Both the position numbers and the translations under genes were made by a program. Below, piece after piece: positions 44,364 to 53,560 of a stretch of DNA of 64,000 nt. The DNA is taken from IMG/VR virus record IMGVR_UViG_2974547928_000001, positions 1 through 64,000 of that record; one strand, written 5' to 3'. The notes below the pieces were generated by a model that made no database searches, was not told the origin of the DNA, and saw only the letters and a program-made list of their open reading frames with translations. Source of the DNA: a virus. Its lineage: Duplodnaviria > Caudoviricetes. Each line of letters opens with the position of its first letter. The stretch's first letter is position 1.

Positions 44364-45463
44364 AGTAAGAAATCCCCCAATTCAGACAATTCTTCGTCGG
44401 ATGCAGCTACTGTTTGAGCTACACGATATTTATCTACACTAGCTTCTTGTGGTGCTACTTGGAAGTGCCCAGTGTCAAGATAATCATTCATGAATAGGAG
44501 TGGGTCTTCTTTTACGTGGTTCATAGAAGAGGGGATACTAATCCCAATAAGACCAAATGCTAAGCCCCCAATATAGTCTAGGTACGCTTGTAGTCTTTCT
44601 GCGTCTAACTTAGGTAGTGTTACTCCCCCACGGAAGATATAGTTACCCCACTCTTTTTCACGATTTAATACGTCTAGCAATACTGCTGGTGCCTCTTCAA
44701 AGGCTTTGTTTACCATCCAATCTGGTAATTGCTTGACCAAGATGTCAATTACAGCTTTACTCATTTTAGTGTGTAGAGCTTCATCTCTAGCAATCAACTT
44801 CAAGTTGCTAGCAATACCAGGGAGAATGTCTTCTTCTGCTAAGGCAAACGTACACGCGAATGACGCATAGAACTGGATTGCTTCTAAAGCGTAGATTCTA
44901 ACATAAGCGCGTAAGATTGTTGATCGTAGTTCATCAATTAAGGCTGGACTTCTATCACCTAGCTGGAACTTGAGGGATAGTACATTTAGCTCATCAAAGA
45001 ATTTAATAGTATCTTCAATACGCCCTAATGCAGTAAAGTCACGCATGATGTTTGCAATATAATCTTCTGGTAGTGGTACTACGTTTTGGATAATATTAGA
45101 ATACGCACGACTGTGGATCTCTTCAAAGATCGACCACCACTTAATCATAGACTCTAGTTCTGGTCTAGACACTAATGGTGCTAATACTTGCTCAGGGGCT
45201 CTAGATACAAAGGTATCTGTCATTGTTTGCCATGACAAGTTGTCTAACGTGATTCGTTGGAAGTTAGGATGAATTGTATTCCACTGCTTTCTATCGTTAG
45301 ACATTAACACTTCTGTTTCAATCCAATACTGAGATCTTTGAAGCAAGGTTAGCTCATTTAATTGTGGGTGTGCCATCTGAATATAATCAGATAGACCTAG
45401 CTCTTCCCCTAGGAATAGTGTTGGGTCATTAGGATTTTTTGATAGGTTTAGTAATGTTGACAT
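44360..45463 (-). CDS. nrdB: Ribonucleotide reductase class Ia beta subunit
   Basis: EEIHSRAY, LEAIQFYASF, IARDEALH. Confidence 0.95.
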   Translation of the reverse strand: MSTLLNLSKNPNDPTLFLGEELGLSDYIQMAHPQLNELTLLQRSQYWIETEVLMSNDRKQWNTIHPNFQRITLDNLSWQTMTDTFVSRAPEQVLAPLVSRPELESMIKWWSIFEEIHSRAYSNIIQNVVPLPEDYIANIMRDFTALGRIEDTIKFFDELNVLSLKFQLGDRSPALIDELRSTILRAYVRIYALEAIQFYASFACTFALAEEDILPGIASNLKLIARDEALHTKMSKAVIDILVKQLPDWMVNKAFEEAPAVLLDVLNREKEWGNYIFRGGVTLPKLDAERLQAYLDYIGGLAFGLIGISIPSSMNHVKEDPLLFMNDYLDTGHFQVAPQEASVDKYRVAQTVAASDEELSELGDFLL

Positions 45464-45473
45464 TTAATACTCC

Positions 45474-45827
45474 TTAATTACCGTAAAATGCTAACTCTGC
45501 TCTACGTAATTCACGTTCTGCTTCTTTGATCTTATCGACTGCCTTATCAATTAAATCTGGGAACTCTATTACTAGCTCTTGTAGAGTTAATGGATTTGAT
45601 TCTATAGGGTAGCCGTTGGTCGGATTCCCACAAATAGCACATATAGGGACAAACTTAGCACTACCTCCCTCATATGAGTGTGCTAACATCTGTACATCCA
45701 CTTCCCCTTCATGCTTACATAATCTATTCAATTTATAGAGCTCATCATGTAGTCTGATTCGCTCTTTATCATTCGCATCGAGGGCTTTACGTACTTCCTC
45801 AAATTTTACCGTTAGTTCGTCTTGCAT
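45474..45827 (-). CDS. Coiled-coil plus zinc-finger protein, paralog 3
   Basis: CKH...CAICG...PDL. Confidence 0.75.
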   Translation of the reverse strand: MQDELTVKFEEVRKALDANDKERIRLHDELYKLNRLCKHEGEVDVQMLAHSYEGGSAKFVPICAICGNPTNGYPIESNPLTLQELVIEFPDLIDKAVDKIKEAERELRRAELAFYGN

Positions 45828-46134
45828 AGGTATTTTCCTTATTTAATACGTGGGATCTTAGTAAGCTTAGTGCATCCTCTACTAGATCTGGTCTGTTACG
45901 AAGTAGGTCAGAGATTCCATGGTATTGTGTGTAAAAGCCACAGGTTAGACACTTAACAGAGAAGCTTTCTACTTCACCTCCTGCTAGTAGTGAGTATCCC
46001 TCAAAACTTAAGGAAACTTCTTCACCCCCAGAGTGAGTGCAGTTGTCCCTAATATGTTCTGCTTCATTATTTAACTCACGAATCTCTTTCTCTAGTTCGT
46101 CGATTCTATCATTTATCTCTTCTAATCTTCGCAT
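45799..46134 (-). CDS. Coiled-coil plus zinc-finger protein, paralog 2
   Basis: CTH...CLTCG...RPDL. Confidence 0.75.
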   Translation of the reverse strand: MRRLEEINDRIDELEKEIRELNNEAEHIRDNCTHSGGEEVSLSFEGYSLLAGGEVESFSVKCLTCGFYTQYHGISDLLRNRPDLVEDALSLLRSHVLNKENTYARRTNGKI

Positions 46135-46141
46135 TATATAA

Positions 46142-46441
46142 CTAACCTCTATCTGCTAAGTGAGATTTTAGTAGGTCTACTGCCCTATTCGCTAAATCAG
46201 GGCGATCCTCTACTAGTTCACAGATATCATAGAATACGGCTTCGTGACCACAATCTAAGCATTGTACATAAAATCTGGCACGTAGTCTATTAGACCCTGA
46301 CTCTAAATAAGTTGCAATGCGTAATTGCTCTGACTTATCATGTGGGCAAGCCAGCCTCATATTACGCGCTTTAGTCTTTAGTGCTTTTATCTCTTGCTCT
46401 AATTCGTCAATTCTGCCATTTACTTCTTCAATAGTATACAT
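46142..46441 (-). CDS. Coiled-coil plus zinc-finger protein, paralog 1
   Basis: CPH...CLDCG...RPDL; own promoter 46471-46499. Confidence 0.75.
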   Translation of the reverse strand: MYTIEEVNGRIDELEQEIKALKTKARNMRLACPHDKSEQLRIATYLESGSNRLRARFYVQCLDCGHEAVFYDICELVEDRPDLANRAVDLLKSHLADRG

Positions 46442-46508
46442 AGTTTAATCTCCCATTAAGATATACATATATTATATAATAATGGGAGTCCTTCGTCAAA
46501 TAAAATAA

Positions 46509-48869
46509 TTAAATAGAACAGCCACCACTAGAACAGCCTTGTTGGTGTACTGAACCGCCATTATCATCATCAAACCAGGCATAGTAAATAGACTTCAACC
46601 CATACTTATATGCCAATAGTACGTTTTTAAGCACTGCTGCCATTGGTATTTTGCCATCTGGATAATCCGAGAATCTGTAATATTCGTTGAAGCTCATAGC
46701 CTGATTGAAGAACTTCTGCGCTACCGCATTAAACTTAACCCATTCTTCCTTAGGAACGTTGAACGCAGTAATATAGTTCTTACTAATAGTAATGTCAGTG
46801 GCTCCTGGAGCTACACATTTAACTTTACTAGTACCACTACCTTTAACAGTTACTAAAGCCCTAATAGGGTCTAGGCTGTTAGTGGATCCTGTAACTACTG
46901 AGCTGGACTCTCCAGGCATTTGAGCAGATAATACACTATTGCGCATACCATACTTAAGAATATCTGAGCGTAACTCTTCCCAGTCTAATTCTAAGCCTAC
47001 TGATACTAATTCGTCTACAGTTTTCTTATAAGTATCTATTACTAAAACACCCTTAGCAGGTAAAGTATATTTGAACCAATCTGCTGCACCGCGTTCTTTT
47101 GCCAGACGTACTGAAGCTTTGTGTAAGAAGTAAGCATGCTTCTCCATTTCTCTATGTAGCCAGTTTCTTGCTTCCTCACCTACATATTGAAGTCCTAGCT
47201 CTGCCATGGCACCAGCTGCGTTCATAACACCAATACCCACGTTTCTACGTTTCTTAGCAGTTATAGCCATTTGAGGGAACGCGTAGTCTTGAATATCAAT
47301 GATAGTGTCCACAAACTTAAGCACTAGGTAACAAACCGATTCCCACTCTTCTAGAGTTCTGACTTTGCCTAAAGTGATTCCTGCTAAGTTACATAAGGAT
47401 ACTTCACCCTGCTCTCCAGGCTTAATATCCTCATTAGTGTTATACAGATCCATGATATGCTCAAACCAATAGGTTGGTTGGTTAATTTCAACACAAAGGT
47501 TAGTCATGGTGATAGGTTCGTCAAAGTTAGAATGAGCATTTGTATTATCTACAAACTGTAAATAAACTCTACCTACTTCCATACGAATTTTTAATGCATG
47601 ATTTAATACTTCCATAGCACTAATAGTAGGACATAAAGGAACTGAGTGTCCATCTCGTGTTCTTCTGGTCTTAGTAGATAGACGCTTTTCTGCTGCTTCA
47701 TATGCTTTTACAAACGTACTTAGATCCTTACTATAGAATGCCTCGTATACTTCTGGTGCATATAGATAGGACATTAATGTTATATCTTGTTTCTTCAGTG
47801 CCCTTTCTAGTAAAAACCCATTTACTTGAAGGGTATAGTCAATCTTATCTAGTCGACTCTCTGCATCCGAACGTTGAGACTTGCCTGACAAGATGGACAT
47901 TACTTCCGGGTCAAACATGGCAATATTAGTATTCATTGAACCGCCACGTGATTGTTGCGTATTACTAGCACAACTAGCAAATGCATGACGTAAATAAGGT
48001 ATCTTGCCCATATGGTAGAATGATCCATTGCGAACAGGATCTGCTACAGATCTAGTAGTTAGCTTATGCCCAATACCTGCTCTAGCTGCTACCATCTTAA
48101 ATACAACGTGCTCTGAAGCATCTAGGGAATCTAATGTATCACCTGCCTCTACTAAACAGCAAGATGCAAAACCGTTGTCACCAGAACGTAATCCGATCAT
48201 AGGTGGTGTTGGTACGTTAATCTTGAATGTGCTGAATGCGTCGTACAGTGCAATGATTTGTTCAATAGACCAGTCATCTGTCTGACCCATTGCCATTGCC
48301 ATGCCCATATACATAAACTGTGGGGTTTCGTAGATTTCTTCTAACTCTACATTACGTCGTGCGTACTTATCAAAGAATTGTTTAAGTCCACCGTATGTAA
48401 AGTCTTCATCTCTGGAATGATTAATAGCTTCTTCTAACTGATCCCACTCGCTATCAGTAAACCATGTAATCTTCTGCCACGCTCCTGCTTCTGCTAGATA
48501 ATCAGCCCACTGGCGGAGCCCTGGTGGTTGGAATCTATCTGACTGGAATACCTGCTTACGCATTTTAGCAAGTAATAACTGTTTTGCAACATCATCATAT
48601 TCAGGCTCTGATACAATCAAACTATCTGCTGCACTGATTAGCATATCCTGTAGTTCATCAGTATAGATATACTCTCGTGCTTCTGTTCTTAGTACCATTT
48701 TTACTAGTCTAGAATAGAGATCCTCTTTTCCTTTACATGCCCAAGATGCCCATCCCAGCAATTTACTACCGTCAAATTCTTCGATAGAGCCATCACGCTT
48801 TCTAACGTTTTTAATATTATATAGTTGTGTTTGAGGTTGTTCAGGCTTTAAAAATCTTGTTAAGTCCAT
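46509..48869 (-). CDS. nrdA: Ribonucleotide reductase class Ia alpha subunit
   Basis: ATP-cone (VRKRDG), ASCC, NLCVEI, C-terminal CSSGGC. Confidence 0.96.
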   Translation of the reverse strand: MDLTRFLKPEQPQTQLYNIKNVRKRDGSIEEFDGSKLLGWASWACKGKEDLYSRLVKMVLRTEAREYIYTDELQDMLISAADSLIVSEPEYDDVAKQLLLAKMRKQVFQSDRFQPPGLRQWADYLAEAGAWQKITWFTDSEWDQLEEAINHSRDEDFTYGGLKQFFDKYARRNVELEEIYETPQFMYMGMAMAMGQTDDWSIEQIIALYDAFSTFKINVPTPPMIGLRSGDNGFASCCLVEAGDTLDSLDASEHVVFKMVAARAGIGHKLTTRSVADPVRNGSFYHMGKIPYLRHAFASCASNTQQSRGGSMNTNIAMFDPEVMSILSGKSQRSDAESRLDKIDYTLQVNGFLLERALKKQDITLMSYLYAPEVYEAFYSKDLSTFVKAYEAAEKRLSTKTRRTRDGHSVPLCPTISAMEVLNHALKIRMEVGRVYLQFVDNTNAHSNFDEPITMTNLCVEINQPTYWFEHIMDLYNTNEDIKPGEQGEVSLCNLAGITLGKVRTLEEWESVCYLVLKFVDTIIDIQDYAFPQMAITAKKRRNVGIGVMNAAGAMAELGLQYVGEEARNWLHREMEKHAYFLHKASVRLAKERGAADWFKYTLPAKGVLVIDTYKKTVDELVSVGLELDWEELRSDILKYGMRNSVLSAQMPGESSSVVTGSTNSLDPIRALVTVKGSGTSKVKCVAPGATDITISKNYITAFNVPKEEWVKFNAVAQKFFNQAMSFNEYYRFSDYPDGKIPMAAVLKNVLLAYKYGLKSIYYAWFDDDNGGSVHQQGCSSGGCSI

Positions 48870-48929
48870 AAGTTCTCCTTAGTAACTTTAGAGGTAAAAA
48901 ATGCCGAACACTAGGCTCGGCATTTTATA

Positions 48930-49136
48930 TTAAACGTCTTTTCTTTTTGCGATGATACTATGTAACGTATCTACTAGCTGTCGTACAGTAGCCGATGGGT
49001 ATGCTAATACTATCTTTGCTGCTAACGCGTGGGTATCCATGTCAAATGGGAAGAAAGCAATTACCTTGTTCCACTTATTTAAGATAACCTCAGTTCTGGG
49101 ATGCATTACTGTGCCAATCGCAATAACGTTAGACAT
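48930..49136 (-). CDS. Small hypothetical protein
   Basis: Coupled to the phoH stop. Confidence 0.65.
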   Translation of the reverse strand: MSNVIAIGTVMHPRTEVILNKWNKVIAFFPFDMDTHALAAKIVLAYPSATVRQLVDTLHSIIAKRKDV

Positions 49137-49864
49137 TACATTAATCCTTCTTCTTTAAATATTTTAACGAATTGAGCTGATTCAGAAGACCTTACGTTAT
49201 CTACTAGCTCAATATGTGTAAATGGAACTGCACTACCATACTTATCTTTAAGACGCATTAGCATGGCTAAGCCAGAATCTTTCTTATTGATGTCTACCTG
49301 GGCAATATCTCCACAGATAACTAGTCTACAATCTAAACCTACCCTGGTTACTATCGCTTTCATGGCTTCTACGCCAATATTCTGTGCTTCATCAACTATA
49401 ACAAATGCGTTATTAAATGTGCGACCTCTAGCATGCTCTACTGCTAGGTAGTCTATCTTACCTGATCTTATGCAATACTTATAATAAGTCTCTCCTGCGT
49501 ACCATGAGATACCGTCTGCGATAGGAACTAACCATGGTTCTAGTTTTTCTTCTAGTGTACCAGGTAACATACCTAAGGACTTACCTAGTGGCTCATTGGG
49601 GCGAATTAAAATAAGTTTATCGAAATCAGAAGATTTACCCTTTAAAAGTTCTATAGCTGCCAATACTGATGGAATGAACGTCTTGCCTGTTCCTGGGTCT
49701 CCAGTAGCTACTGTAATAGTATTATTCTTTATTTTATTAATATAAGACTTTTGCTCCTCGTTACGTGGTTTTAGTACCTTACTAGATGCTGGTAAACCAA
49801 TATCGTGGATGTTGTCCGTATTAACAGGGTTTCTCTTACTTGACTTCTTGCTCTTTTTAGCCAT
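49136..49864 (-). CDS. phoH: PhoH-like ATPase
   Basis: GDPGTGKT, LG.LPG, RGRTF, DEAQN, GD..Q. Confidence 0.95.
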   Translation of the reverse strand: MAKKSKKSSKRNPVNTDNIHDIGLPASSKVLKPRNEEQKSYINKIKNNTITVATGDPGTGKTFIPSVLAAIELLKGKSSDFDKLILIRPNEPLGKSLGMLPGTLEEKLEPWLVPIADGISWYAGETYYKYCIRSGKIDYLAVEHARGRTFNNAFVIVDEAQNIGVEAMKAIVTRVGLDCRLVICGDIAQVDINKKDSGLAMLMRLKDKYGSAVPFTHIELVDNVRSSESAQFVKIFKEEGLM

Positions 49865-50008
49865 GCATTACCTCTCCGTTTAAGGTCTCGAATCCATAAA
49901 TTAGGATTGAGGTTCTCCCATTTACTTAATATTATATAACATTTACATATAAATTGCAAGTACAATTTTTAAAACTACCTGAAAGATCGAATCCTTTCTT
50001 TTATTATA

Positions 50009-50036
50009 ACGCGCGTACGCGCATACGTGCGTATAT
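50009..50036. repeat. 28-nt alternating purine-pyrimidine tract between divergent promoters
   Basis: ACGCGCGTACGCGCATACGTGCGTATAT. Confidence 0.8.
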
Positions 50037-50164
50037 CATATAATTTTCAGCTTGTCAAATAAAATTTTGTTAATATTTTGTTATCGCTGGAAGAATAAAT
50101 AAATTTTAGTTGACATAGACGCACAGATTTGGTATAATGTATCAATATATTGGAGGAAAAAATA

Positions 50165-52030
50165 ATGACTGAAAAACTAAAGAGTATGATGAACAACTCT
50201 AGGGATATAATCTCTAATACAGCTGAGGATGATCTACGTTTTAATAACGCTAATAAACCGTCTGAACGTTTAGCAACCCAACGTGACATGTTAGCTGGCG
50301 AGGTATGTAAAGCTTTACTAGAAGAAATGTTACCAGAGGATATTCTAGAGGCGCATAATTCTGGTGATATTCATTTCCATGATGCAGATTACTCAGCTAT
50401 GGGGTATACTAACTGCTGTCTAGTAGATTTAGAGGGTATGTTGAAAGAGGGTATGCGTGTTGGTAATGCTGACATTACAACCCCTAAGTCACTAGATACT
50501 GCGGTAGCTGTAACAGCGCAGATCTTAGCTCAGGTGTCAAGCCATCAGTACGGAGGAACATCTATTGATAGAATTGACGAGATCTATGCCCCCTATGTAA
50601 AAGCATCGTATAATAAAGCACTGTCATTCGCAATGAAGTGGTTAAAAGGTGATGTAGCTAAATCTGCTGTAATGGCGACTGAGATGGTAGAAAAAGAAGT
50701 TAAAGATGCTATGCAGAGTTTAGAGTATGAGATTAATACCCTATTTAATTCTAATGGTCAGAGCCCCTTTGTTACTCTAGGGTTTGGTCTAGGTACCTCT
50801 TGGGAAGCTAGAATGATCCAGAAAGCTATCTTAACCACTAGAATGACTGGACTAGGTAAAGGTGGGCATACTGCTATATTTCCTAAGCTGGTATATGTAC
50901 TTAAACCTGGACTTAATATGAAGCCTGGTGACCCTAACTACGATATTAAGAAGTTAGCAATCAAGTGTACCAGTGAACGTATGTATCCTGATTATATATC
51001 TTATGATAAGGTTGTTGAAGTTACTGGGGATTACAAAGTAAGTATGGGATGTAGAAGTTTCCTATCCGCTAATAAAGATGGTGAAACGGCTGGTCGTAAC
51101 AACTTAGGGGTAGTTAGTATAAACTTGCCTAGAATTGCTATTGAATCAGAAGGCAATATTGATACTTTCTTCGATATTCTAGAGGAAAGAGTTGAATTAG
51201 CAATTAACGCTTGCTACTGGCGAATGGATCACCTGAAAAAGGTAAGAGCGGAAGCTGCTCCTATCCTATATATGTCAGGTGCGTTTGGAATGAGACTGAA
51301 CGCAAAGGATTTGGTATTTGACCATTTCAAGGATCGTGCGTCTATCTCTGTAGGATATATTGGTTGTCATGAAATGTTACAGGCTATGTTTGGTAAAGAT
51401 GTCGATACCATGAGTTATGAGTGTATTGAGTTTGTAAAGCAAGTTCTTTTATATATAAGGGAAGCATGTGATATTGAAAAGGCTAATACTGGTATTGGCT
51501 TTAGTTTGTATGCAACCCCTAGTGAATCACTATGTAATCGTTTCAACCAATTAGATGCTAACAAGTTCCCTGAGTATTCTTGGCTATTCGAGAAAGGTTA
51601 CTATACTAACTCACATCATTTAGATGTTGCTAGAAAGGTGGCTCCTGATGTCAAATTCGATTATGAATCTAACTTTACTTCTATTGCTAGCGGTGGTTGC
51701 ATTGCTTATGTAGAATTACCTGATATGAAGAGATTCTTGGATGCTCTAGAATGGGTAATTGATTATGCTGCTAGTAAAGTGCACTACTTCGGCATTAACA
51801 CCCCCGTTGATACCTGTAGCGAATGTGGGTTTATTGGCGAAGCCATAGCCAGTGAGAATGGGTTTGAATGCCCATCCTGTGGTAACCATGATACAAATAC
51901 CCTTGAAATTACTCGTAGAGTGTGTGGGTACTTGGGTAACCCTGGTGCTAGACCGTTTAACCCAGGTAAGCAGCATGAAGTTATGGGTAGAGTTAAGCAC
52001 GCAGACGTGCGTAGTGGTAAAATAAAGTAA
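50165..52030 (+). CDS. nrdD: Anaerobic ribonucleoside-triphosphate reductase
   Basis: NCC, MGCRS, YYTNS, CxxC..CxxC, RRVCGYLG glycyl-radical loop; ATG at 50165. Confidence 0.96.
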   Translation: MTEKLKSMMNNSRDIISNTAEDDLRFNNANKPSERLATQRDMLAGEVCKALLEEMLPEDILEAHNSGDIHFHDADYSAMGYTNCCLVDLEGMLKEGMRVGNADITTPKSLDTAVAVTAQILAQVSSHQYGGTSIDRIDEIYAPYVKASYNKALSFAMKWLKGDVAKSAVMATEMVEKEVKDAMQSLEYEINTLFNSNGQSPFVTLGFGLGTSWEARMIQKAILTTRMTGLGKGGHTAIFPKLVYVLKPGLNMKPGDPNYDIKKLAIKCTSERMYPDYISYDKVVEVTGDYKVSMGCRSFLSANKDGETAGRNNLGVVSINLPRIAIESEGNIDTFFDILEERVELAINACYWRMDHLKKVRAEAAPILYMSGAFGMRLNAKDLVFDHFKDRASISVGYIGCHEMLQAMFGKDVDTMSYECIEFVKQVLLYIREACDIEKANTGIGFSLYATPSESLCNRFNQLDANKFPEYSWLFEKGYYTNSHHLDVARKVAPDVKFDYESNFTSIASGGCIAYVELPDMKRFLDALEWVIDYAASKVHYFGINTPVDTCSECGFIGEAIASENGFECPSCGNHDTNTLEITRRVCGYLGNPGARPFNPGKQHEVMGRVKHADVRSGKIK

Positions 52031-52101
52031 AATTTTATTTGACTAGTAGTGGGAATATTGCTATAATATTCCCATATTGTTAATTAATAGAGGAAATTAA
52101 T

Positions 52102-52740
52102 ATGTACTTAGTAAAGATTATTGATGGTGTGCAGATGGGTTATGTTGCTGATGGCAACTGGATTGATGCAGGGATTGGTAAAGTAGATCTGCTTTACGTG
52201 CTCAAATGCATCCATAAAGAATACCCAATGCTATTTACCCCTAGAGTATCTAAGACTTTAACAGAAAGTATGTTTGTGGCGGACGGTATTCTAGCAAATA
52301 TGCTGGTAGAGATGATATTAACTCCAGGGTTTAGGATTATCAACTCGTTAATTTTTGCATGTACTGGTCATATACTTGCATACGATGAGGCATCTATTGA
52401 CTTTTCCTTACGTAGTATTGTTGAATGCGACGGTAGTGAGGTACTAAAAGATGAAAACCTCTTAAACATTGTTGGTCGCGGGTTACTAGCGGGTCTTACT
52501 AATGAAGATTGCCCAGCAATGCGACGTTTTAAAAATGAAGTGCTTTTGAATGCCCTTGAGTATGTATCAGAGACTTACGGGGAAGATTCTGATCTATATA
52601 AAGAAATGGTAGGTATTTGCATCAGTAGCGCAAATTCTAGTGCATTCCACGTTGAACTTAAAGACTCAACATTGGACGAGATTCTTGGGTTTGCTATTGA
52701 TAATGGTCTAATCGGTACCTTACGTGTTGTACGCCGTTAG
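52102..52740 (+). CDS. Hypothetical protein
   Basis: 212 aa, own promoter, GAGG RBS. Confidence 0.75.
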   Translation: MYLVKIIDGVQMGYVADGNWIDAGIGKVDLLYVLKCIHKEYPMLFTPRVSKTLTESMFVADGILANMLVEMILTPGFRIINSLIFACTGHILAYDEASIDFSLRSIVECDGSEVLKDENLLNIVGRGLLAGLTNEDCPAMRRFKNEVLLNALEYVSETYGEDSDLYKEMVGICISSANSSAFHVELKDSTLDEILGFAIDNGLIGTLRVVRR

Positions 52741-52799
52741 TCGATGCGATTTTATAAAGTATTCTTGACAAATTTTTAAATATTTGATATAATATTTAT

Positions 52800-53490
52800 A
52801 TCGAGTGAGGGGAGGGATCCCCGATCTCTAAGGGTATTCCTAGAGTGCCCTTAGAGATACTCGATAGAGTACGGTTCGTTGGGTCTCTTATTATATTGAG
52901 GTAGATTTCTGCCTTAGTCGGAGACTTTTGTCTCCGATGACTATGAACCTGTAACATTATTCGTATTATGACAATTCAAAGCTAACAGAGTAGGTGCGGT
53001 GTGATCCCGCGTGCGGTACATATGGCATTCGATGCCTTAATCAGAGATGTATGCCCTACTGCCTCGAGCCTGAAAAAAGTCGGATATTGAACTTAGTAAC
53101 TACGGCGCTTAATGCCTCCTCGGAGGAAAGGGGTCCCGAGCCACGTATGCCTTAGCGGGTTATCTGATATCGTGGGGCGGTTATTATGATTCAACTGGCT
53201 GTTAGCATTCGTAACCTTGCCGCATTAGGGTTTTGAAGTAATACAATGAATGGTGATATAAGTTTATAGCTTCGGAGTAATTCTCTATTTTGAGAAAACG
53301 TCTGTACTAGCAGTGAACATAATGAAACTTAAAGAAACGATGCCAAGATGGGGCTTACGTGAACCACTCTCCCTAGCACGATGACGTAAGAGGTAATTAT
53401 GGAATCTGTTTATTACTAACTAGAAGTTGCAGGAGTAAGATAAGGGGAACCCGAGCACTTGTGCCACCGGAAGCCTTAGCCGTGAAAAAT
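52800..53490 (+). ncRNA. Putative large (~690 nt) structured ncRNA upstream of the origin-binding protein gene
   Basis: TTGACA-17-TATAAT at 52765-52793; no ORF; nested helices with many G-U pairs on the + strand. Confidence 0.65.
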
Positions 53491-53560
53491 GCAATTGACA
53501 AGTGGTAGTTCTATATAGTATAATTGTATCTAAAATTTATAACAAAGGAGTTATAGTAGC

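Noticed and set aside
53038-53052. TCAGAGAT resembling the group I intron R element
   Set aside because: No S element and no interrupted exon pair
53120-53145. GAGGAAAG..GTCCCGAGC resembling the RNase P RNA P4 motif
   Set aside because: Spacing differs from GAGGAAAGUCC and no matching 3' P4 strand was found
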